This document shows positions 1-11,730 of a stretch of 64,000 nt of DNA, piece by piece. Within the stretch, counting starts at the first letter, position 1, and each line of letters begins with the position of its first letter. A program made the translations under genes and the position numbers. This DNA comes from Hydrolagus affinis (Eukaryota): contig JAAILG010000050.1 of assembly GCA_012026655.1 (NCBI GenBank), positions 62,001 to 126,000 on the forward strand, read 5' to 3'. Below the pieces are notes generated by a model. That model worked only from the letters and a program-made list of their open reading frames with translations, ran no database searches and had not been told where the DNA came from.

Positions 1-170
1 TTCGACGGTCCCATCGATCACCTCAAATCCCCCCCCCCCTTTCCCTCCACCCTCCACACTCCCCGTCCCTGACCACAGCTCGGGTCTGAAACAGTGGCTG
101 TCCAGCGACCTGGGACGTTCCTCCTGACGTGAAAGGAGAGCTCTAGACAAGTGTCATTTCGTTGTTGTGG
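1..170 (+). mobile_element. L2-like LINE 3' end
   Basis: Tail GGGACGTTCCTCCTGACGTGAAAGG...(GTT)n, shared with other copies in the window. Confidence 0.7.
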
Positions 171-598
171 TTGCAGTTGTTCTCAGTCTTTTTTTATTCC
201 CTCAGCAGTGTCGCATTTGCTGGTGATGGAATGTTCCTTGAATCTACTTGCACACGACCACCCCCCCACAAAAAAAATCAATAAATATATCACAGATCGC
301 ATTCTCTCTCGTCTGTATCAGATACAAAACGTCTATTAACCACAATGTATGTGAGTGTGTTTTGTGTGTGTGTGAGTGTGTGTGTAACTGTGTCGATTAA
401 AGTAGAACAATAGTGATTGAACAGTTTGGAAACCCTGGGGTCAATTAATTACATTTCTGGGAAACAAACATGAATATTTTGATGCTGAGACATTCTTTGT
501 CACCTGATAATTTTATTGATATGTCTCACTAGCGAAACAATAGTATTGCATTCTTACTGTGTATTATCATTATTACCTCTTAATTTATTCTTGCGTAG

Positions 599-661
599 GG
601 GTATCAAGGCGATAAAGGCTTCACTGGGATACAGGGGCCAAAAGGGCCTCCAGGATTGATG
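599..661 (+). CDS. COL27A1: Collagen XXVII alpha-1, triple-helix exon (GYQGDKGFTGIQGPKGPPGLM)
   Basis: 63-nt Gly-X-Y exon, tag|...|gtaaat, phase 0; resembles human COL27A1 [21 protein letters not shown] (recalled). Confidence 0.93.
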
Positions 662-1207
662 GTAAATGCTTATTTCAGCAAAATAAGAGAATATTTATTT
701 TTTCTTGTTTTTAACATATATATTTTTTAATAGTACTAATGGACTGAATTATTAGGGTCGGTTTTTGTGGCTTTGTTTTTTTCAACGGCTGATGTGTTTT
801 ATGGTCTTATACCAAATAGAGCAGAAATCATCCATTAATATAACATTCACCTCTCGCTGTGTCTTAACAACGTGACAAGGCAACATTCCTCGAGAGGCGA
901 AATATTCATCAATATAAAATAGCAATCCATTTTCCTTGGGAACCACAAATTTCAGTCAGGCGTCATCGTAAAGTCTCAATCGTTTCTTTTTGACTCGATT
1001 GTCCAACACACCTGAGATGCAGCCTTAGTGCAGTGGAATTTCTTGCGACGACAATATTTGTTAGTTGTGCGAAGAAGCGCTTTGAGATGTCCGCTTGACG
1101 TGTAAGGCACTCTATTGGAAATCACACTCGCACACAGCGCCCGTCCGATAATTTGGGAGCCGTGATTTTTCTTTCTCCGGGGACTTAACGGGTGTTATCT
1201 GTTCTAG

Positions 1208-1261
1208 GGCAAAGAAGGCATTAAGGGTCCAATTGGTATGATGGGTCCCACAGGACATCCT
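1208..1261 (+). CDS. COL27A1: COL27A1 triple-helix exon (GKEGIKGPIGMMGPTGHP)
   Basis: 54-nt Gly-X-Y exon with AG/GTAAGT boundaries. Confidence 0.93.
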
Positions 1262-1415
1262 GTAAGTATTTCTTCTTTCTGAGGCTTCAAGTTCATTTCC
1301 AAAGTTTAATCACTCGTTCCGATAATTGTAGTGACTGCACCTTCTTCTAACACTCAACCAACTCAACTCAATCGATTCTGGAAATGCAATCAATCTTTTG
1401 GCTTTGTGTTTGTAG

Positions 1416-1451
1416 GGTCTGAAAGGTTACAAAGGAAATCGAGGTGAAACG
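1416..1451 (+). CDS. COL27A1: COL27A1 triple-helix exon (GLKGYKGNRGET)
   Basis: 36-nt Gly-X-Y exon, tgtag|...|gtaagg. Confidence 0.92.
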
Positions 1452-1470
1452 GTAAGGATGACGCACTTGA

Positions 1471-1760
1471 CGGAATTCCTTTCACATCGGGAGGACGTCC
1501 CAAGGCGCTGGACAGTCAGTGTTTCGGACCTAAGACCGGGGTCGGAATCGGGGAGGGTAGAGGGACGGGGAGGGTGGAAGCACGAGAGGGGGCCGATGAC
1601 ACGGCTGGATGGAGAGGAGGGTTTTGAAGCGGGAGTTGAAGGAGGTCAAGGTAGGGGTGAGGTGGAGGGATTGCAGGATGGAATTCCAAAGGTTGGGGCC
1701 GGAGTGGCTAAGGCTCGTCTGCCAATGGTGGGGCGGGTGGGGCAGAAGGACGTGGAGTAA
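1471..1760 (-). mobile_element. L2-like LINE 3' fragment
   Basis: Reverse complement of the same tail plus ORF2 3' end; homologous to 53420-53700. Confidence 0.7.
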
Positions 1761-2086
1761 ATTTCCTTAGATTTCTCATGAGTAGCCAGTAATTTAAGTG
1801 ATGGTCTATGATGGTTCTGTGCAGTTGTTTCCTTCAACTACACAAAATACACACAGTCACTTTATATTAGATCCTCTCCTTTGAGCTCTGAGATGTCTCA
1901 ATGATATGATTAGGTAGTATAAAATGCATGTCATAAATCTGAACGGGAGATAATGAGCAGGAGGTAAGGAAGGAGTATCTATAGGATGCGGTGTGGATGG
2001 ACATTTCTGACAACTGTGTGGAACTCTCATTTAATCATTCTCTTATTTTCTCCCCCCCACCTTCTTTGTCCACATGATGATTGCAG

Positions 2087-2104
2087 GGACTTCCAGGGCC
2101 AAGG
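2087..2104 (+). CDS. COL27A1: COL27A1 18-nt microexon (GLPGPR)
   Basis: Polypyrimidine tract, ttgcag|GGACTTCCAGGGCCAAGG|gtaagt; corresponds to human GLQGPR (recalled). Confidence 0.88.
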
Positions 2105-2825
2105 GTAAGTTGATCCCTTTAACTTAGATTTCTCAAGTAAGTCTCTTCCATCCAAGAACAAATGTGAAACGGAGCTAATTTGGGCTTCTGTTACTGTACC
2201 ATCCTGATGTGATATGGGACCCAAACTCTTGTCATATTGTTAAATAACTATTTTCAAATGGCTGTGTGTCATTTTGCTTTTGCTTCACTCAAGTCATCAG
2301 ATGTTGTTAAACTATTTCCATATTGTTTTGAATAGATGTCGCAGTTGCATTTGCCTGCCTGAGTGGCTTTCCTTTCGCGTTCTAGAAGAAGTTTTAACGG
2401 GCTTTGAAATGCTTAGTTTCTGTGAAAGTCACTAGGTTAAATGTAAATGCGTTGTATCCACTCTTGAGGTCAGATTTGAGTTTTTTCAAATTAAAAATCT
2501 ATAAATTACCATCGATTTTATCTCTTATTTTAATCCATATTCTAACTGCCCAAGTATCTCTTGGAATAATCTCCTTGGTATCTGTGCTCAGTACTAAATC
2601 ATCTGCATACTTGAGGTTTTATTAATTTGTGGCATTGATCTCGAACCCAACTATAAATTCATCCAGACTCTCTCTTGAAATGAATTCAAAATGTGTGTTT
2701 TCGAGTTGCGTAGCATCTTCTCGTATCCCTCTTCTGATCTCCATCCATTTTCTCTTTTCCCCTCGGCATTGTGTTCTTAGTATGGACTTTATATTGAAAG
2801 CTAACGAGATTGTTTAACACTTTAG

Positions 2826-2861
2826 GGGCCAATGGGTCCTCAAGGACTCCCAGGACCACCC
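2826..2861 (+). CDS. COL27A1: COL27A1 triple-helix exon (GPMGPQGLPGPP)
   Basis: 36-nt Gly-X-Y exon, tttag|...|gtaagt. Confidence 0.92.
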
Positions 2862-3567
2862 GTAAGTTTGTCATTTTTTTTTTGTGTGTGTGTGTGTGTG
2901 GGTGGGGGGGGGTTGGGTTGGGCAGGTGTTTAATTAACATTGTCCTAAACAAGAAAGCTTTGTTATCTGTCAGAAAAAAATTGGTTCCTGAACTCTTCTT
3001 TGAGGAATGCCTTTAGGTGGTGTCCTCTGTGACTTGAGCACTGTCGATGATTTGCTCACCTCAGGAAATACATAATCATAATGATATCACGTCTTCGAGA
3101 CGTCTCAAGGCCCTTCACAGAACATATTGTAAAGTGTATATTTATGGGCCAAATGCAGCAGCTACTTGCATGTCCCTTGTGGATTGAGTGACCAAAGGAT
3201 GATTTGGGAGGGATTATCAGTCCCCAAATAGCGGTATTCAGACCCAACTGTGTAAATGTTAAGTCCTACATCAGGGTCTGTATGGTAATTGTTTACTCGC
3301 TGAATATCATTTCATTAACTTTTAACATTGAGATTAAACCACTCATCAGCAAAAGTTATTTTTTTGCCTTAGAGGTTAAGGATTTCCTGCTTCCCAGGCA
3401 AGTAAGCCTTGGGAGACTAACTAAAGAAATTCAGGAATCGTTGATGTATTTTTTTTTAAATCCGACCAATTTGCCCCCAAACGTAACTGAGAAAAATGCA
3501 ACGCCCAAGACCATTGAATAAGAGAACACTATGATTGATAGTTAACTCATTTTCATCTTTTGAACAG

Positions 3568-3594
3568 GGCCTCCCTGGAATTCCTGTTCCACCG
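3568..3594 (+). CDS. COL27A1: COL27A1 end of helix (GLPGIPVPP)
   Basis: 27-nt exon, aacag|...|gtaagt. Confidence 0.88.
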
Positions 3595-3659
3595 GTAAGT
3601 GATTTTGTTTTCAGTTCGAAGTCCTGCTTTTGTTAAGTTAAATCGCTGTTTTTCCTAAT

Positions 3660-3946
3660 CCACCCTGACTGACCACACTCTGGAACTCCATCCCACACAG
3701 TCCCTTCCCCCCTGCTCCCTCCCTCGCCTCCTTCAAGGCCAGTGGTCTCAAGACCCTCGTCTTCGACCGTGCCTTCTGCTGCCCTCCCAACTCTCTCCCT
3801 CCCCTCCTAACTCTCTTCCGCCGCTCCCCCCTGCCTTGCCCCTCTCCCTCGCTCGGGTCCCGACTGTTCAGCGGCTTGGGACGTCCTCCCGACGTGAAAG
3901 GTGCTCTTGAAATGTCCAGGTAATTTGGTTCTTGTTGTTGTTGTTG
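3660..3946 (+). mobile_element. L2-like LINE 3' fragment
   Basis: CTCTGGAACTCCATCCC...CTTCAAG...GCTTGGGACGTCCTCCCGACGTGAAAGG...(TTG)n. Confidence 0.72.
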
Positions 3947-4191
3947 ACCTGGTTGAGTTGTATTTTATTTTTAAATCACTTTAATTCGAGGCCATTAAAT
4001 ATCTGCGAGGCCTGTGGTCACAGTTGGAAAGGAGGACCTCCTGTTTCTGCTGGAATGGTTCGTTTCCACACCCCAACCACTGAGCCATCAGACCGCTAGT
4101 TTGAAAGCAACAACAACAGCAACAAAAGAAAAATCTTTTGGACTCTTGTGGTGCGCTTCAATGGATTTTAATGTCCCGTTTTTATTGGCAG

Positions 4192-4245
4192 AAACAGGAT
4201 CGAAGTGCTGCTTTCATCGACACAAACACTGCACTCAGGACAGAG
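4192..4245 (+). CDS. COL27A1: COL27A1 telopeptide/linker exon (KQDRSAAFIDTNTALRTE)
   Basis: 54-nt phase-0 exon, ggcag|...|gtaatg; similar to human [22 protein letters not shown] (recalled). Confidence 0.82.
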
Positions 4246-5119
4246 GTAATGTCACAGGATTGGAACCTGCCGCTGTCGCGTTCGTTGCAGTAGGCGGGAA
4301 ACTGGAGGTGTGAATGTCGGAGCTGAAGCCATGAATGGGCAGCTGTAGAAGAGCTACAAAATCAATCCCATTTCAAATTGTACTCACCTCTGAGGCCCCC
4401 AAACCCCCCCCCACCCCCGTGAGACCTCTTGGCTCAAGTCTAAACGGCTCTTACCGTCTCATCGTGGCCCCTTTCCCTTAACAACTGTGGGTTCCTCCTC
4501 ATAGCTCTCGTCTGCTCTGCCAGTGGAGCCTTTAGGGTGCAGCAAACAAGAGCTGTACGCAATATCTCTGGGGTCCTACCTGACCAGAGCAGTTTGAGTA
4601 TAACATCAAGAGATCGGAACTCGTGTGATGTGGCAATATAGCCCGGCCTCTGATTTGCCTTGTTTTTGCTGTTTGATGAGTGATTAACAACAACAACAAC
4701 AACAACAACAACGACGAAATTCGTCCCCAGGCCCTGGGTCTCAATTTTGTGACCCTAAGAACTTAGTAACTGGCAGTGAGGGTTTGCGGACTGCGCTGAT
4801 ATTGCTCTCCCATCGACTTCCAGCCCTTCCTGCATCCCATTAAACATCATTTTGAGCCCCGTAGTGTATACAAAACCCTCACATGGCTTCACCTCCGACT
4901 GTCTTCATCCCGTTGGAAAATACTGGACAATGATAGCATTAGATCTCTTTCCCAAAAACCTAAAGGATTGGGCCACGAGAAACCAAAAAAATTAGTACCA
5001 GGATTTCATTGCCAATGGAAATATTTTATTTAAAAAGGAAAATTGTTGTTTTTTCTCTCCGCCCCACCTCCCCCCACCCACCCCCCCCCCCCACCAACCC
5101 CCACCCCCTCCACCTGCAG

Positions 5120-5288
5120 AATTATCAGAATTCAGACCTACCTTTGATTGACCAGGGAGCAGAGATCTTTAAGACTCTACACTACCTCAGTAATCTTATC
5201 CAGAGCATTAAGAACCCCCTGGGCACAAGAGATAACCCTGCCCGAATCTGTCGTGACCTCATGAACTGTGAGCAACGAATGAATGACG
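5120..5288 (+). CDS. COL27A1: COL27A1 C-propeptide (COLFI) exon ([56 protein letters not shown])
   Basis: 169-nt exon, ctgcag|...|gtgagt; [17 protein letters not shown] is characteristic of COL27A1. Confidence 0.96.
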
Positions 5289-5490
5289 GTGAGTTCGAAC
5301 GATCGCAAATGTTTCCAGCTTGTAGCACGTAAACCAGGTGCCTTGCGTTCCCAACCAGCGAATGAGTTCTCAGTTACCTATCCGCTCGCTTTAAATATTC
5401 CTTTGCAGTAACCTGTGACAGTCATTGTAGTTTAGATTGCTTTTGTAACATTCCTAACTGTTGGAATCTGTCACCGAAACTCAGCTAACT

Positions 5491-5843
5491 ATAATAATAA
5501 TAATAATAATAATCCTCGCGTTTTGATATCGCGCTTTTCACGTCTTCTAGACGTCTCAAAGCGCTTCACAGAATGTACTGCAAAGTGAATTGACTGTATA
5601 TTTGTGGGCGAAACGCGGCAGCCAATTGCGCACAGCGGCGTCCCCCACAAACAGTCGCGGATTGAAACGACCAATTTTACTATAGTGTTTTTCTTGTGGA
5701 GGGATTATTATTAAATGTGTGTGTGTGTGTGTGTGAGTGGAGCAAGGAAACTTGCCCAGTGTTTCGCCCTGACCTGCCTGGATTCGAACACAGCTCTCAC
5801 GTTTGTAAGGCGAGCGCTCTAACCACTGAGCTACAGGACTCCA
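5491..5843 (-). mobile_element. Full-length tRNA-derived DeuSINE
   Basis: Head TGGAGTCCTGTAGCTCAGTGGTTAGAGCG (A box) and GTTCGAATCC (B box), Deu-like core CTGTTTGTGGG...GCGCAATTGGCTGCC, L2-like tail, (ATT)n. Confidence 0.85.
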
Positions 5844-6084
5844 TAGAAGCTACATATGCTCTCTGTATGCTTTGAATGACCCCCTCCCCTCCCACCCCCC
5901 ACAGCCCTCCCATTCTCAAACTGTGTTGAATACAATAGCAAAACACAGAGATAAAAGTAGAGGATTCTCTTCCGACCGATTGTGTGTGTGTGGGACTGGA
6001 ATGCACAGTTCGCCCCCTCGTTCTTTCTTGTTTGCGTACAGTTCTCAGTGGCTTCTCTTGATTCCGTTTTATTTTTTTTTAAAG

Positions 6085-6194
6085 GCACTTACTGGATTGA
6101 CCCTAACCTTGGCTGTTCCTCTGACACCATCGAGGTGACCTGTAATTTCACAAAAGGCGGACAAACCTGTTTGAAACCTATCACTGTGTCAAAG
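6085..6194 (+). CDS. COL27A1: COL27A1 COLFI exon ([37 protein letters not shown])
   Basis: 110-nt exon, phase 1 to 0; YWIDPNxGC fibrillar collagen motif. Confidence 0.96.
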
Positions 6195-6259
6195 GTAATG
6201 CCTCAGTTTCCTGTGCACCTCATTCATTTCAAGATCGCCGATCGATTTCAAGATCGTAA

Positions 6260-6725
6260 ATCATGTCTTCAAATCCCCTCCACTCCCTCCGCACCTCCCC
6301 CTCCCCCCCCCACCTCTCTTGACACACCTCTGGGATCCTCATTATAGGACGGATCAACTTCAAGATCCTCGTTGTTGAGATCCTCCAAGTGGGAGTTCTG
6401 ACGAAAGGGGTCGTGGGCCCGAAACGTTGACTCGCTCTCCTCTCTCCGTGGATGCTGCCTGACCTGCTGAGTTTTCCCAGCAACGTCCGTTCTTGTTCAA
6501 GATCCTCATACTCGTTTGCGAATGGCTTTACGCCACACGCCTCCCTGTCTCTCCGACCTACTCACTTCCCTCGCCACCTCCTGCCAACTCTGCTCAACTA
6601 GCTCCAGCCTCTTGCTCCTCCACCCCCACCCCGCTCCCGTCCACTTGCTATCAAGCTCCCGCACAGATCAGCGCTCTCAGACGCTACCCTGTGTGAAGGA
6701 CGCGATATAAACGCAAGTTGTTGTT
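6260..6725 (+). mobile_element. L2-like LINE 3' fragment interrupted by a Penelope-like insert
   Basis: RINFKIL ORF2 remnant resumes as FKILIL after the insert; tail CAGCGCTCTCAGACGCTACCC...GCAAGTTGTTGTT. Confidence 0.65.
6371..6495 (+). mobile_element. Penelope-like terminal-repeat fragment with a minimal hammerhead motif, flanked by a 12-bp duplication
   Basis: TTCAAGATCCTC at 6359-6370 and 6496-6507; CTGACGA...GAAACGTT core. Confidence 0.65.
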
Positions 6726-7298
6726 AGCGTCAACGTGCTTATCGCAATGCCACCTGGTGTATTTTAGTGGCATTGCACCCCAATTGGAAATTACTGCAAG
6801 ATGATTCATTTTATTTTGCTGGTCTATAGTTAGGCCGTAGGAAAGCTTTACCTTTCCAATAAAAACTAGGAGGTTTTGCTGCTAACCATGAAGTCATCGT
6901 AAGCAGAACCACGTACTAACTAACGTTGCATTTACAGCACATTTCGCGTCAATAAATGTCTCAAAGCACTTTATAAAAACTGATGAACTAATTCATTACT
7001 CTATTTTTGTTTCAAAGCGCTTCACAGGATATACTGTGAAGTGAATTGACTGTGTATTTGTGGGCGAGCGGCAGCCAATTGCGCACAGCAGCGTCCCCAC
7101 AAACAGTCATGGATTGAAATGACCAATTTTATCAGTGTGTTTTTTTTTTTAACGATTATTTAGGTGTGTTGTATTAAATAAAAACACATTAATATATATT
7201 ATATGTTAATTGTATATATGTGTGTGTATATATTCTGCATGTAATGTCCCTGGATACAACTACAGTATTAACAATCTGATTCTCTGCTTTCTTTTTAG

Positions 7299-7517
7299 TT
7301 GGAGTTTTCAGTGGGACGGGTCCAAATGAACTTCTTACATTTACTGAGCTCTGAGGCAGTCCAGCATATCACCATTCACTGTCTAAATGTGCCAGTGTGG
7401 ACAGACGGACAATCAGGCAAACCCTTCAAACAGGCTGTCATGTTCAAATCGTGGAATGGCCAGATGCTGAAACCAGGAGGACAGTTTCTACCTGAAGTTT
7501 TGCTAGACAACTGCTGG
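7299..7517 (+). CDS. COL27A1: COL27A1 COLFI exon ([30 protein letters not shown]...LDNCW)
   Basis: 219-nt phase-0 exon, ttttag|...|gtaacc; [11 protein letters not shown] motif. Confidence 0.96.
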
Positions 7518-8078
7518 GTAACCTTCACCTATCTTAGCAACTCTGTGTGTTCAGTATTTGATTCATACGAATAATAATGAGAATAATCCTTGCATTTGAT
7601 ATAGGGAGTTTTTCACGTCTTCTAGACGTCTCAAAGCGCCTCACGGAATATACTGTGAAGTGAATTGGCTGTATATTTGCGTCAAAAAGTCGTGGATTGA
7701 AACGACCCAATTTATTTTAGTTTTTTTTGAGGGATTATTATCGGGCGCGTGGAATAAGAAAACTTGCTATATCAAATGCAAATAAATAAATAATTACTAT
7801 TATAATTAAAGCATTTCACAGAATATAACGTAAAGTGAATTGAACCACCCCCCCACCCCTCCCACTCCACAATACAAGGCCTTTTTGTTCATTTACTTAA
7901 CATTCAAACAGAACAGAATCACACCACCTTCACAAAGTAACAATTCAAACAGCGAGATCCTGTAACAATGTAAGAGAACGATTGCCAGAGACGTCAGTGC
8001 CCCAAATGTACGTCCATGGCATGGAATTTATCCAACCCCCTGATCCTATCCACGCCACATTCGGGAAAAATGTTAGTT

Positions 8079-8380
8079 AATAATAGTAATAATAATCCTT
8101 GCATTTCTTGTAGTGCTTTTCACGTCTTCTAAACGTCTAAGCGCTTCACAGGAAATGCTGCAACGTGAATTGACTGTATATTTGTGGGTGAAACGCGGCA
8201 GCCAATTGCGCACGGCGGAATCCCCCACAAACAGCCGTGGACTGAAATTACTTTTTTTTTTCAAGGGATTATTGCTAGGCTTGTGTGTGGAGTAAGGAAA
8301 CCTGCCCGAGGTCTCGCCCTGACCTGGTATTGAACCCGGGTCTCTCGCTTGCAAGGTCGAGTGCTCTAACCAGGACTCCA
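8079..8380 (-). mobile_element. DeuSINE, near full length
   Basis: Same family as 5491-5843. Confidence 0.85.
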
Positions 8381-8456
8381 CCAGTTAGAAGGGGGAAGGT
8401 TTAATTTGCCGTGCGGTGGCAAACTCATCTGATTTTATCTTTCCTCCACTTTTCAG

Positions 8457-8603
8457 GAACAGGATGGCCGATGGCATCAGACACACTTCTTTTTCCACAC
8501 CCAGGAACCCAAACAACTGCCGATCATTGGCGTGTATAATTTACCGCAACGAAAGCCTGGAATCCACTACCACCTGGAGGTTGGACCTGTCTGCTTTCTC
8601 TGA
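8457..8603 (+). CDS. COL27A1: COL27A1 terminal coding exon ([25 protein letters not shown]...LEVGPVCFL*)
   Basis: 147 nt from tttcag to TGA; EVGPVCFL* fibrillar collagen C-terminus. Confidence 0.96.
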   Translation, partial: EQDGRWHQTHFFFHTQEPKQLPIIGVYNLPQRKPGIHYHLEVGPVCFL

Positions 8604-10760
8604 GCGATTGACTGAATCATCGAGTCAAGAGCAAAGTTATTCTTTACTGTGTATTTAATAAAACTCAAGGAATCGCTGACATGCTCGGAAAATGTCACAT
8701 TGCTGATGAAAAAAAAAGGTTATTGATAGTTTTTTTTTAAAAAGAAACAAAAAAAAACTGAGAACTTGTTTTGTTGGGAGCTTTTTTTTTTAAAAAAACA
8801 ACTGAAAGCATTCCCGAGTTGCAGCCCTCCACCTAAGAAACCAAAGAGTGTTGAGCAAAACAAGAAGTCTGATAATTGAGTTGCAGAGAAATTCATTGAA
8901 CCGACCGCCTGAAATGTTAATTCATTGAAAGGTTTCACAAAACCCACAGCTACTACTGAGCAGAGTGGCGTACGATGGGTAGGTAACAGAGGAGCTGGTG
9001 GTGTGCTTGTCTGCTACAAGCATTTCCAATGTGCAATAGAGGGAGAGATAAAAAGGGGAAACTTTACAAAGAGATGTTCAAAATTGTCTTAGACCCAAAA
9101 ACCTTTAAAGAGTAACGAACGAAATGGTTCCGGCATTGTTTCGGCCGCCGCACTCTCAGAATGAATGGAGATCTTGCGCAGGCCTAGAAACATACACATA
9201 GACACACACAAAAAGGTGCGTTAGGGAACCCAGCAATAATACCTTGGTGCTAATCACAGGAACTTCCTGGGGTGATTTTCTACCTCTTGTTGTCTGGTGT
9301 TGGTGCTCACGTTTCTCATGTTTGTTTTTAGTTCACATGTAATTTTCAAGCCCATGGTGCTATATAATTAATCGCCGAACAGAAACGACAGTGGTAAAAA
9401 AAAAAATCTTTTTTTTATCTTTTTATATTAAAAAAAACACAGCAGGCAGAGTACCCCTCTCTTCAGGCAGTCTGAAAAACAACTTTATTTGTTAACTTAA
9501 TTTTTTTTTAAGTGCCTTTAAAATATTGTAAGGGATTTTCTTCTTAATTGTATTTCAAAGAAAGAGTGAAAAGCAGCAGGTTTTTAAATCCTATTGTTAA
9601 ATCACTGATGGATCATTTTTTTGGGGGGAAGAAATATTGTGGGAAAATGATACGTTAAGTATTTTGTGGAATGACAGTGGATCATCTTGTCTTCTCTCAT
9701 TATGAACACTGCTTTCTGTTTGTACAAAGTTGACCCTGAAAGCTGTAATTAATATTTAGGGAAGCTTTTATTATACAAAAGTATAATTTGTGGGGTGGGA
9801 AAAAAAGTTTTAAATCCTTTTTTTTTCGAAAAAAAAAACCTGATATAATAGAGTAGGCTTTCCAACTGCTCCGTAATTTGTGTAAAGTGTTTCTGCAAGC
9901 TATGATGTATACAGTGGATCAATATTTTACAATCTGCTATTTAATGTTATTTAAATGTTTCAAAACCATGGTTTAAAAAAAATGGCCTCACCCTATCACA
10001 CAGATGTCTATGTTTTGAAGTAGATCGGTCTTTTGTAGTTGTAAACTTGTCACTTCAGCACCCAACTGGTCTTGGAGAGCTATGTAGAGTTCTTGTTTGG
10101 CTTGGTTAATGTGTAAATTTGGTGCTTGGAAGAAGAGAATATTTCAGTGTTTCAAATCTATAAGATATTATGCAGAGTTTTAAACGTGTACTGTATAGGA
10201 AAATGCTTTAAGCGCTACTTTTTTTTTAAAAAAACCTGGAGATTTTTTTGTTTTTTTTTAAATTGAAGAAAATATGTGAAGAATCCAGATTCTAAATACA
10301 TTATTAAATTTATTTCACTTTTGGAATACCTATTATGGTTAAAGTCAGCCATCCGAATACCTCAGATTACATTTTGGTACCATTCCGAACTCACTTCCAC
10401 TTCTGTTTTGATTTGTTTTAGGTTTTATTTGTTGTTTGGGTATTTTTTTTTGTCTCTCTATTCCATTCGCTTCGTGTCTTTGTTCGTCTGTTGCTATAGA
10501 AACAGAGTTACCATAAAATGGTCATCTGCAGACATCATTATCATTATTGCCTTAGTCGCAGAAAGGTTGAACGTTCCGTACAACAGTTCAGTATTTAGCT
10601 GTAAAGTACCTTTATTCCGCTCTGAGACGCCGTCCGGCATGGAGGGCGCTATATAAATCGAAGTTGTTGTTGTTGTTGTATTCCGCATTTGCTAGTCTCT
10701 TTGGGACTTAGACTTCCATTGTTTGAAATTAAAGTTTTTTTTGGAACTTATTGAAATAAA
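8604..10760 (+). other. Probable COL27A1 3' UTR with candidate polyA signals (AATAAA 8657-8662, 10755-10760)
   Basis: Largely repeat-free A/T-rich sequence after the stop; hexamers seen directly, true end not determinable. Confidence 0.5.
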
Positions 10761-11084
10761 CATTTCAAACTGAACCAATGCTATCTAGTTTGGCAGTTTT
10801 CTACATTATTCCAGTTTAAGCTTTTCCAGTGTCCAGTTTTTTTTTAAAAAAAGAGAAATGCAATACAACTTTGAGAAAGTCGATGAGGATAAATTTCTGC
10901 TGGGCACAAAACGAAAAGCTACATTTTCTCCATCACTCTCTTCAGGCAACACGACTTGCTGTAAAAAAAACTCATCAGGAAACAGATTGAAACTGTCCTG
11001 TATCGCACACTGTTTCACAAACAAGTTCCCTTTATCTTGATACCCCTGACTTCTCTGTAACTAATAATAAAATCAGTCCTTACA

Positions 11085-11730
11085 TTTGGTATAAAGCACC
11101 TTTCACATCCGAAGGACGTCTCAAAATGCTGCATAGGATTATACTGAAGTGGAATGATCTTGTGGGTCAATGCAGCATCTAATTTGCGCACAGTACATGT
11201 ACCCACAAACAGTCATGAAGTAAATGGCTAATTTTAATTGGGGGAAAAACACCAGGAGAAACTCCCTTTTCAAATAAAGCCGTGGGTTCTTTAATAATAA
11301 TAATCCTTGCATTTGATATAGCGCTTTTCACGTCTTCTAGACGCCTCAAAGCGCTTCACAGAATACACTGTAAAGTGAATTAACTATATTTATGGAAGAA
11401 AAACACGATAGCCAATTGCCAATCCCTACAAACAGTCGTGGATTGAAATTACCAATTTTTATTACTGTGGGGGGCTTTTTGGACAGATTATAATTAGGCA
11501 CGTGTGTGTATGGAGTAAGGAAACTTACCCAAGGGTTCACCCTGACCTGCCTGGATTCGAACACAGGTCTCATGCTTGTAACGCGAGTGCTCTAACCACT
11601 GAGCTACAGGACTCCACAACACACATCTGAACAGCAACAGGACCTGCGTTTTAATGTCTCATCTAAAAGTTCTGAACACACAAGTCCCTCTGACTCGGAG
11701 GAGAGATTGCCACAAGGCTGAACTGAAACA
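11085..11730 (-). mobile_element. Old long-core DeuSINE with a younger full-length DeuSINE (11293-11616) nested in it
   Basis: The old core breaks at ...CCGTGGGTTCTTT and resumes at CACATCTGAACAG...TTTAATGTCTCATC after the young copy. Confidence 0.75.

Noticed and set aside
344-385. (GT)n, (CAA)n and poly-C/G tracts here and elsewhere
   Set aside because: Ordinary microsatellites and retroelement tails
5489-5674. Recurring ORF-track peptides such as RNWLPRF, VVRALALQ and KRFETSRRR
   Set aside because: Chance translations of SINE copies, not a protein family
5780-5843. tRNA-like sequence with A/B boxes and a TAC anticodon-like loop (also near 11560, 15770, 16440, 47200, 51610)
   Set aside because: SINE heads fused to Deu core and tail, without a proper acceptor stem; not tRNA genes
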